Below, in pieces: positions 56,546 through 64,000 of a stretch of DNA of 64,000 bases; within the stretch, counting starts at the first letter, position 1, and each line of letters starts with the position of its first letter. Source of the DNA: an uncultured Acidobacteriaceae bacterium (GTDB taxonomy: Bacteria; Acidobacteriota; Terriglobia; Terriglobales; Acidobacteriaceae); assembly GCA_964247595.1 (NCBI GenBank), contig CAXTUW010000016.1:614-64613 (forward strand), given 5' to 3'. The notes beneath the pieces were generated by a model, which saw nothing but the letters and a program-made list of their open reading frames with translations, searched no databases and was not told the origin of the DNA. Made by a program: the position numbers and the translations under genes.

Positions 56546-58033
56546 TTAGGCCTCGTTCTTGGTCGTCTCTGGGCTAGCGACGGTATCTGGAATGCCCGTA
56601 AGGATGCCACGGAAGTTCCTCAAAGGCTCACCCACCGAGATGCCGGCCTCGTCCAAATGAAACTCGCGCAGAGTACGTTCGTGCCGTCCCACCCTTTGCT
56701 TGAGCACCGAAATCACCTGTCGGATCTCCCCTTCCGCTTCGAAATACCGCAGCAGAAGAACGGTATCCGCTAGATAGCTGACATCGAGCTCGGCATGCAT
56801 CGTGCCGACCAAGCCATGCTGGGTGAGGATAAGAAAGGTGATTACGCCTTTTTGGTTCAAGAAGGCGATAAGTTCATGCAGTTGAAGGATGAGATCCTTC
56901 TCGCCGGGCATCGCGTTGAGAAACCCGTTAAGGCTGTCGATCACAACGATGCGCGTGTCTTTGTCTTCAACATCCTGGCGAATCTGCCAGGTGAACTCGC
57001 CTGGGGAGAGTTCGGCAGGATCGACCTGCGACATGGCAAGTGTTCCCCTATCGATCTCCGCTCGAACATGAATGCCGAGCGCCTCCGCTCTTTCGATGGC
57101 TGTACGCAGCACTTCATCAAACGAATAGACGATGGCGCGCTCTCCACGCGCCGCGGACGCGTGAGCATACTGCATGGCCATCGTCGACTTACCGGCACCC
57201 GAAGGCCCAATAAGAAGCGTGGATGACCCCCGGTTGATACCACCGCCAAACATCTGGTCCAATGCCGCGATCCCGCTCTTGATACGTTCGTCCTTAAAGG
57301 TGCTCTCGTGCTCATTGGCGATCAGGCGAGGGTAGATTTTGATCCCGCCGGTTTCAATCGTGTAGTCGTGGAACCCTTCACGGAACGAGCTGCCACGGAG
57401 CTTAAGAATTTCGATCTGACGCCGGTTCACCCCATAGCTGCGGGGCACCTTGTCGAGACGGATCACGCCATGGGCGATACTCTGCAGCTGCATATCGCTG
57501 CCCTCGGCGGAGCGGTCGTCGAGAAGTAATACCGTCGTGTCACGGCCAGCAAAAAACTGTTTCAGGGCCAGAAGCTGACGCCGGTAACGCATCGTGTCCG
57601 CAGCGAGGAGCCGAAGCTCGGAGAGCGAGTCGATCACCAGGCGGGTGGGCTTCACCGTCTCGATAAGCTCCGTGAGTTCATTGATCGTACTCGCCAGCTC
57701 GACTTCACTGGGATGGAACACTGTGTATTGCTGTTCCGGGCTGAGGCTGGCCTCCTCAGGCACGAACTCGGCGATGGCGAGATCTTCTGTGCGCCAACCA
57801 TGGGAACCGGCAGAGGCTTCCAGCTCCCGCTTCGACTCGGACAGAGTGATGTAGAGAGCCGGCTCGCCAGCCAGAATGGCCGTACGTATAAATTGGAGGG
57901 CCATGGTGGTCTTGCCGGTACCGGGTATGCCTTCAAGCAGGTACATCTGGCCTGCTGGGAGTCCTCCGGATAGGATGTCGTTAAATCCGCTTATACCGGT
58001 GTCGATCCGGCCGGGTGGTACCGTATTGCGCAT
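56546..58033 (-). CDS. KaiC-like double RecA-domain ATPase
   Basis: TGISGFNDILSGG, GIPGTGKT, VIDSLSE, KLRGS; second domain GPSGAGKS, VIDSLNG, SYLADTV, VLKQR. Confidence 0.92.
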   Translation of the reverse strand: MRNTVPPGRIDTGISGFNDILSGGLPAGQMYLLEGIPGTGKTTMALQFIRTAILAGEPALYITLSESKRELEASAGSHGWRTEDLAIAEFVPEEASLSPEQQYTVFHPSEVELASTINELTELIETVKPTRLVIDSLSELRLLAADTMRYRRQLLALKQFFAGRDTTVLLLDDRSAEGSDMQLQSIAHGVIRLDKVPRSYGVNRRQIEILKLRGSSFREGFHDYTIETGGIKIYPRLIANEHESTFKDERIKSGIAALDQMFGGGINRGSSTLLIGPSGAGKSTMAMQYAHASAARGERAIVYSFDEVLRTAIERAEALGIHVRAEIDRGTLAMSQVDPAELSPGEFTWQIRQDVEDKDTRIVVIDSLNGFLNAMPGEKDLILQLHELIAFLNQKGVITFLILTQHGLVGTMHAELDVSYLADTVLLLRYFEAEGEIRQVISVLKQRVGRHERTLREFHLDEAGISVGEPLRNFRGILTGIPDTVASPETTKNEA

Positions 58034-58164
58034 AGCCTCTAAGCATATCTTCTTTGGCTAATCAGCAAAAGTGTTCTGCGACGTGGAGACGGCCTCCGAG
58101 CGCGACTAAGGAACCTTGATCAGGCTTGCCTTAACCGACACCCTGCCCCATGCAGAACTAATGG

Positions 58165-58749
58165 CTAATAGGTCCGGGAGAAACGAAGCGCCACCCCGGC
58201 TCCGATGAGGTAGTTGTTCTGGTGCTGGTTGGCCGCATTGGGGAAGTCGGTGAGGTAATAGTCCACCTGAAGCAGGCGCACAGCCAGCTTGTAGCTGAGC
58301 GGCACGTCGATACCGCCGCCCAAACGGGCAGCCGTTGCATACTTGCCATCGCCCGCACCGGCGATGCCGCCGCCGGCATGCGCCATGCCCACGAGCACCT
58401 GCCCAAAGGGCTGCGCCCAGGGGACCCGCGACTGCGAGACGTAGTAGCGGGCACCGGCCAGGTACGACACCAGCGTGAGAGAGTTCCCCGTGCCCGGCCC
58501 GTTCTTCGCCGTCGCCGCGCTGATATCGACCACGCCCGCGGTGTGGTCGGTGATCATAATGCGCGACATGGAAAAGTCGGCGCCGGTGATGCTGAAGCAA
58601 CCGCACTGCCCCGGCTGCGTGTTGGAGTGGATGTACTGGTACGTCAGGGCGGCGTCTCCGCCGCGCGCCCCGCCGGCGGAGATGGCCTGCCCCAGAACCG
58701 CTGGAGCCGCACCGAGGATAAAGCTTGCTACAAGTGCAATAAAGCGCAC
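58165..58749 (-). CDS. Outer-membrane beta-barrel protein
   Basis: Signal peptide; YLAGARY, PFGQVLVG, GGGID, LLQVDY, GAGVALRF amphipathic strands. Confidence 0.85.
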   Translation of the reverse strand: MRFIALVASFILGAAPAVLGQAISAGGARGGDAALTYQYIHSNTQPGQCGCFSITGADFSMSRIMITDHTAGVVDISAATAKNGPGTGNSLTLVSYLAGARYYVSQSRVPWAQPFGQVLVGMAHAGGGIAGAGDGKYATAARLGGGIDVPLSYKLAVRLLQVDYYLTDFPNAANQHQNNYLIGAGVALRFSRTY

Positions 58750-58777
58750 TGAAGTACCTCACATTCTTGGTCTTGCA

Positions 58778-61700
58778 CTAGGGAGCGGTGACTGCGGCTG
58801 AGATGTTGGTAACCACAGTGCGCTCATACGAGCCGCCTGTAGACGAGGTGACGTAGAGATAAGCGACCGGTGGCACGTTCACCTGTCCGGAGAAGATCTG
58901 GTTGCCATCCATCGTGGCCGTCATGAAGCCGTTATGAATCGTGACAGTGTAGGCGTGGCTGATCGACTGGCCAGGGGTCGCAAGCGCAGGGATGTTGGTG
59001 TTGACATTGGTATATGGGTTCTCCCAAAGAGCTGTTTCGCCGCGGCCGATGCCGACATACGGAATCTGCGGGTCACCGGAATTCGCGTAGTCGTCGAAGG
59101 CCAGCACAAGACCCGGAATCCCCTCCGCTCCGAGCCCCTGCCCATTGGCGCCGGTGCTGGTCAACGTTGCGCCGAGAGAGGGATCGCCCAGGACGACGGC
59201 GAACCCATCTGCGGGAGGATTACTTGTATCGCTGAGCGTCACGGTAAAGTTGAGCTGGATATCGCCGGTAGAGATTAGCGAGGGCCAGACAATGTCTCCT
59301 TCCGTGAAGTTGGCCGGCGGCACGATCTGGTAACCGCCCGTCACCGCCTGTGCACTACCTACGGTGTTCCATGTGCCGTTCGCCGGGATATCGGCCAGCG
59401 GACCCACAAATAACGAGGCGCTGTTGCTTTGGGCGGACGAGCTGCTGTTGCTGACCACCGCATAGAACACCGAACCTGTCTGCGATCCCGTGGTGGAGGC
59501 GATGGTGTACGTCGGACTTGTGGCACCGGAGATGGCCGCGAAGGTCGAGCTTCCCGGCGCGGCTCCGTACCACTGGTACGTGAGCGGCGACGGCGAGAGT
59601 GAGGTTGCCGTGACGTTATACGTCGCCGGGCTGCCCACGCTCGTGTACACCGATTGCGGCTGGCCGGTGATCAGGATGCCGTTGCCGACAGCGAGCTTAC
59701 CGGATTGGGACACCGCGCTTCCGTACGAATTGGTCACCACGGCGTAGTAGGAATCGCCCGAGTTCGCCGCAGTGGTTGAGGAGGCCGGCAGGGTGTAGCT
59801 GGCCGAGGTGGCGCCGCTGACGGCGGTCCCCGCGACCTTGCCCGCCGGGATGACGTACCACTGATACGTCAGCGTCGGCGTACCGGTAGCGGTGACGCTG
59901 AAGGTTGGGGTCGCCCCGACCGCCACATCCTGACTCTGCGGCTGGCCGGTGATAGTCGGCGGCGCATTCGAGCTCAGCACGGTCAAGGTAGCCGTCGTGC
60001 TTTGCAGTGCGTTGCCACAGGTGTCCGTGGCAATCGCGTAGTAGCGCGTGCCGTTATTCGAGGCAGCCAAGGTGGGTGTCGTATAGACGTTGCTGGTCGC
60101 TCCCGCGATCGCCGTACCTGTCGTCGAGGATGAACCCGGCGCGATCGAGTACCACTGGTAGGTAAAGCTGTTGCTGCCCGTAGCCTCGGTCGAGAAGGTC
60201 GCGGTCTGGGAGGCATCCGCGGTCACGCTCACAGGGTTTTTGACGATCGATGCAACCACGATCGTGGCTACGTTCGAAGTCGTTGTGCCTGCCGGATTCG
60301 TGACCTGGACTGTGTAATTGCCGGAGTCACGAGAGGCCTGCGCTCCGCTGATGTTGTACGTTGCGCCGGTAGCACCGGAGATTGCGGTTGTGCCTAGGTA
60401 CCACTGGTACGTCACAGCGTAGTTCGCCGTGACAGAGAGCGAGAAGCTCCCGTTGGCGCAGACATTGCTGCCTGTGGGCTGCTGCGTGATTACCGGCTTG
60501 CTCACTGTGACCGTCGTAGACGCCGACTTCGTCGAGTCCTCCACGCTGGTGGCGGTGATGGTGTAGCTGCCTGCCGTGTTCGGCGAGGTCCAGACGTTGC
60601 CGTTGAAGCTGCCGGCGCTTGCGCTCCAGGTGACAGCATTGGTAAGGCCGCCCTGGACGGTCGCCGTGTAGGTGACGGTGCCCGGGGCCACCGTCGCGTT
60701 CGCCGGACTGATGTTCGAGACAGTCACGTTCTGCGCGACGTTGAAACTGGCCGTTGCGGAGTTCGTGCCGAAGTTGCCCGACGTGGCCTGTGTCGCCTTG
60801 AGCACCACGGTACCGGCACCCGTAAGCGTGACCGTGTTGCCGGAGATTGTCGCGTTGCCGCTGACCACCGAGTAGGTGATGGCACCGGGTGAGTTGGAGG
60901 TGGCATTCACAGTAAACGGAGCGTCGCCATAGGTATGGTTCGGCACCACGAAGGTGATCGTGGGCGTTTCCGTCGCCACCGTGAAGTTCGCGTTCGCAGA
61001 ACCGGCAGCGAAGTTACCGGCCGCGGCCTGTGTCGCGCTCAGCTGCACGGGACCTGTGCCTGTCAGCGTCACCGTATTGCCGGAGATCGTCGCGTTGCCG
61101 CTGACCACCGCATACGTGAAGCTGCCCGTGGAGTTGGAGGTGGCCGCCACCGTGAAGGGAGCGTCCCCGTAGGTGTGGTTGGGAATGTTGAACACGATGG
61201 TCGGCGAAGCTCCGGCTACCGTGAAGTTGGCGTTGGCCGAAGCCGCCGCGTAGTTGGTGGTGGCCGCCTGGGTGGCCTTGAGCACGACAGCGCCAGAGCC
61301 GGTCAGCGTGACCGTGCTGCCCGAGACCGTCGCCGGGCCGCTGACCACACTGTAGGTGTAGGCCCCGGTCGAGGCTGAGCTCGCGCTCACCGTGAAGGGT
61401 GCGTCGCCAAAGGTATGGTTCGGCACGTTGAAGGTGATGGCCGGGGTTGCCGGAGCGACCGTGAAGGTAGCCGAGGTGGTCGCCGCGGTGTAGTTGCCGT
61501 TGGCTGCCTGGCTCACGCCGAGCACCACTGTGCCCGCCCCGGTGAGCGTGACGGTATTGCCGGAGACCGTGGCCGGCCCACTGGTGACCGTGTAGGTGAT
61601 CGCACCTGTTGAGGGTGAGGTGGCATTCACCTGGAAGGCCGCGTCGCCGAAGGTATGGTTGGGTACCGTGAGGCTGAGCGCCGGAGCCTCTGCCGCCACG

Positions 61701-64000
61701 GTAAAGTTCGCCGTGGTGGAGCCCGCAGTGTAGTTACCGTTGGCTGCCTGGCTCACGCCGAGCACCACTGTGCCCGCCCCGGTGAGCGTGACGGTATTGC
61801 CGGAGACCGTAGCCGGTCCACTGGTGACCGTATAGGTGATCGCACCCGCCGAGTTGGAGGTGGCGTTCACCGGGAAGGCCGCGTCCCCGTAGGTGTGATT
61901 CGGCACGCTCAGGCTGAGCGTCGGAGCCACGGCATTGACCGTGAAGGTCGCCGAGCCGGTAACGGCGGTGTAGTTGCCGTTGGCCGCCTGGCTTACGCCG
62001 AGGACCACCGTGCCTACCCCGGTAACCGTGACCGTGTTGCCGGAGATCGTCGCCGGTCCGCTGGTGACGGTGTAGGTGAAGGCACCCGCGGAGTTTGAGG
62101 TCGCATTGACCGGGAACGCCGCTGCGCCGTAGTTCTGGTTGGAAACGCTGAACTTGATCGTCGGTGTTGCCGCCGCGACCGAGAAGTTCGTGCTGGCGTT
62201 GGCTGCCGCGTAGTTGCCCGCTGCCGCCTGGGTGGCTGCAAGTACGACCGGTCCTGTGCCGGTGATCGTGACCGTATTACCGGAGATCGTCGCATTGCCG
62301 CTGGTTACGGCGTACGTCACCGCGCCGGAAGAAGCCGAGGTCGCGCTCACCGTAAACGGAGCGTCACCGTAGGTATGATTGCCGATCGGGGCGAAGCTCA
62401 GCGTGGGCGTTGCGGCTCCGACGCTGAAGTTGGTCGTAGCTTGCGCCGCCGCGGCGTAGTTGCCGGAGGCCGCCTGGTTCGCGGTCAGCATAACGGTTCC
62501 CGTGCCGGTCAGCGTAACCGTGTTGCCGGAGATCGTCGCCGGACCACTCTGCACGGCATACACCACCGGACCGGAAGAAGCCGAGGTCGCGCTCACCGTA
62601 AACGAAGCGTCACCGTAGGTATGATTGCCGATCGGGGCGAAGCTCAGCGTGGGCGTTGCGGCTCCGACGCTGAAGTTGGTCGTAGCCTGAGCCGCCGCAG
62701 CGTAGTTACCGGAAGCAGCCTGGTTGGCGGTCAGCACAACGGTTCCCGTGCCGGTCAGCGTGACCGTGTTGCCGGAGATCGTTGCGGGACCACTCTGCAC
62801 GGTATAGACCACCGGCCCGGAAGAGGCCGAAGAGGCGCTCACCGTGAACGATGCTTCGCCGTAGGTGTGGTTCGCCACCGGAGCGAAGGTCAGTGTTGGT
62901 GTCGCGCTGCCGACCGTGAAGTTGGTCGTAGCCTGAGCCGCCGCGCTGTAGTTTCCGGAGGCAGCCTGGTTGGCTGTCAGCACAACGGTTCCCGTGCCGG
63001 TCAGCGTGACAGTATTGCCGGAGATCGTCGCCGGACCACTCTGCACGGCATACACCACCGGCCCGGAAGAAGCCGAGGTTGCGCTCACCGTAAACGGTGC
63101 ATCACCGTAGGTGTGGTTCGGGATTGGTGTGAAGGCCAGCGTTGGTGTCGCGCTGCCGACCGTGAAGTTGGTCGTAGCTTGCGCCGCCGCGGCGTAGTTG
63201 CCGGAGGCCGCCTGGTTCGCGGTCAGCATAACGGTTCCCGTGCCGGTCAGCGTAACCGTGTTGCCGGAGATCGTCGCCGGACCACTCTGCACGGCATACA
63301 CCACCGGACCGGAAGAAGCCGAGGTCGCGCTCACCGTAAACGAAGCGTCACCGTAGGTATGATTGCCGATCGGGGCGAAGCTCAGCGTGGGCGTTGCGGC
63401 TCCGACGCTGAAGTTGGTCGTAGCCTGCGCCGCCGCGGCGTAGTTGCCGGAGGCCGCCTGGTTCGCGGTCAGCACGACGGTTCCCGTGCCGGTCAGCATG
63501 ACAGTATTGCCGGAGATCGTCGCCGGGCCGCTCTGCACGGCATACACCACCGGCCCGGAAGAGGCCGAGGAGGCGCTCACCGTGAACGATGCATCGCCGT
63601 AGGTGTGGTTCGGGATTGGTGTGAAGGCCAGCGTTGGTGTCGCGCTGCCGACCGTGAAGTTGGTCGTAGCTTGCGCCGCCGCGGCGTAGTTGCCGGAGGC
63701 CGCCTGGTTCGCGGTCAGCATAACGGTTCCCGTGCCGGTCAGCGTAACCGTGTTGCCGGAGATCGTCGCCGGACCACTCTGCACGGCATACACCACCGGA
63801 CCGGAAGAAGCCGAGGTCGCGCTCACCGTGAACGGAGCATCACCGTAGGTATGGTTCGGCACCGGTGTGAAGGTCAGCGTCGGGGTGGCATTCCCGACCG
63901 TCACACTCGTTGAAGCGGACGCGCCGCCATAGCTTGGGGCCGGTGCCTGATTGGCGTTCAGCACCACGGTGCCCGTACCGGTGAGCGTGACCGTGTTGCC
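58778..64000 (-). CDS. Giant surface adhesin (5' end beyond window): at least 13 Ig-like repeats, four YQWY-type Ig domains, C-terminal L-type lectin-like domain
   Basis: Repeats NHTYGDAPFTVSATS...YAVQSGPATISGNTVTLTGTG; ITQQP...YQWY domains; ADGFAVVL...GLVLAFDDY lectin-like motifs. Confidence 0.92.
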   Translation of the reverse strand, partial: GNTVTLTGTGTVVLNANQAPAPSYGGASASTSVTVGNATPTLTFTPVPNHTYGDAPFTVSATSASSGPVVYAVQSGPATISGNTVTLTGTGTVMLTANQAASGNYAAAAQATTNFTVGSATPTLAFTPIPNHTYGDASFTVSASSASSGPVVYAVQSGPATISGNTVMLTGTGTVVLTANQAASGNYAAAAQATTNFSVGAATPTLSFAPIGNHTYGDASFTVSATSASSGPVVYAVQSGPATISGNTVTLTGTGTVMLTANQAASGNYAAAAQATTNFTVGSATPTLAFTPIPNHTYGDAPFTVSATSASSGPVVYAVQSGPATISGNTVTLTGTGTVVLTANQAASGNYSAAAQATTNFTVGSATPTLTFAPVANHTYGEASFTVSASSASSGPVVYTVQSGPATISGNTVTLTGTGTVVLTANQAASGNYAAAAQATTNFSVGAATPTLSFAPIGNHTYGDASFTVSATSASSGPVVYAVQSGPATISGNTVTLTGTGTVMLTANQAASGNYAAAAQATTNFSVGAATPTLSFAPIGNHTYGDAPFTVSATSASSGAVTYAVTSGNATISGNTVTITGTGPVVLAATQAAAGNYAAANASTNFSVAAATPTIKFSVSNQNYGAAAFPVNATSNSAGAFTYTVTSGPATISGNTVTVTGVGTVVLGVSQAANGNYTAVTGSATFTVNAVAPTLSLSVPNHTYGDAAFPVNATSNSAGAITYTVTSGPATVSGNTVTLTGAGTVVLGVSQAANGNYTAGSTTANFTVAAEAPALSLTVPNHTFGDAAFQVNATSPSTGAITYTVTSGPATVSGNTVTLTGAGTVVLGVSQAANGNYTAATTSATFTVAPATPAITFNVPNHTFGDAPFTVSASSASTGAYTYSVVSGPATVSGSTVTLTGSGAVVLKATQAATTNYAAASANANFTVAGASPTIVFNIPNHTYGDAPFTVAATSNSTGSFTYAVVSGNATISGNTVTLTGTGPVQLSATQAAAGNFAAGSANANFTVATETPTITFVVPNHTYGDAPFTVNATSNSPGAITYSVVSGNATISGNTVTLTGAGTVVLKATQATSGNFGTNSATASFNVAQNVTVSNISPANATVAPGTVTYTATVQGGLTNAVTWSASAGSFNGNVWTSPNTAGSYTITATSVEDSTKSASTTVTVSKPVITQQPTGSNVCANGSFSLSVTANYAVTYQWYLGTTAISGATGATYNISGAQASRDSGNYTVQVTNPAGTTTSNVATIVVASIVKNPVSVTADASQTATFSTEATGSNSFTYQWYSIAPGSSSTTGTAIAGATSNVYTTPTLAASNNGTRYYAIATDTCGNALQSTTATLTVLSSNAPPTITGQPQSQDVAVGATPTFSVTATGTPTLTYQWYVIPAGKVAGTAVSGATSASYTLPASSTTAANSGDSYYAVVTNSYGSAVSQSGKLAVGNGILITGQPQSVYTSVGSPATYNVTATSLSPSPLTYQWYGAAPGSSTFAAISGATSPTYTIASTTGSQTGSVFYAVVSNSSSSAQSNSASLFVGPLADIPANGTWNTVGSAQAVTGGYQIVPPANFTEGDIVWPSLISTGDIQLNFTVTLSDTSNPPADGFAVVLGDPSLGATLTSTGANGQGLGAEGIPGLVLAFDDYANSGDPQIPYVGIGRGETALWENPYTNVNTNIPALATPGQSISHAYTVTIHNGFMTATMDGNQIFSGQVNVPPVAYLYVTSSTGGSYERTVVTNISAAVTAP
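60700..63900 (-). repeat. Intragenic tandem repeats: seven 246-bp units followed by six 240-bp units
   Basis: NHTYG/NQNYG anchors at 63847, 63601, 63355, 63109, 62863, 62617, 62371 (246-bp period) and 62131, 61891, 61651, 61411, 61171, 60931 (240-bp period). Confidence 0.93.

Noticed and set aside
58106-58762. 218-aa alternative-frame ORF over the OMP gene
   Set aside because: Arg-rich and motif-free; the 58165-58749 frame has a signal peptide and barrel pattern.
62375-63913. 512-aa repetitive plus-strand ORF; array considered as CRISPR
   Set aside because: Antisense of the adhesin repeats; units are 240-246 bp, in-frame coding, with no spacers or cas genes.

Overview
GC-rich bacterial window whose gene repertoire points to Acidobacteriota (Terriglobia/Acidobacteriaceae-like; inference). 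Positions 1-29.5 kb are mostly core genes: an aspartyl protease missed by the ORF track, def-fmt-rsmB, aroC, queF, an M48 peptidase, secretin plus two pseudopilins, smpB, pepA and argS. This part is interrupted by small accessory pieces (frameshifted MNT-HEPN toxin-antitoxin pair, decayed EF-hand protein gene, TetR/PQQ-dehydrogenase/SRPBCC) and ends in an unusual two-gene cellulose locus followed by tRNA-Lys(TTT). In that locus BcsR motifs are fused to BcsQ, and BcsA carries only the membrane anchor of BcsB. After the tRNA, no housekeeping gene was recognised. This part holds a multidomain GH10 lipoprotein, a Wzx/Wzy-type exopolysaccharide cluster (two flippases, pseudokinase Wzc, GT-C enzyme, embedded secreted beta-helix-like protein), Gfo/Idh/MocA and FG-GAP genes, a KaiC-like ATPase coupled to a pseudo-receiver/PAS histidine kinase, an outer-membrane beta-barrel and the 3' part of a giant Ig-repeat/lectin adhesin. 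No CRISPR array, rRNA, integrase or transposase was seen. Best leads are the minimal BcsRQ/BcsA-miniB locus with its neighbouring flippase and GT-C pair, and a switch-like RNA leader upstream of queF. All family calls come from motif recognition by eye; no database searches were run.
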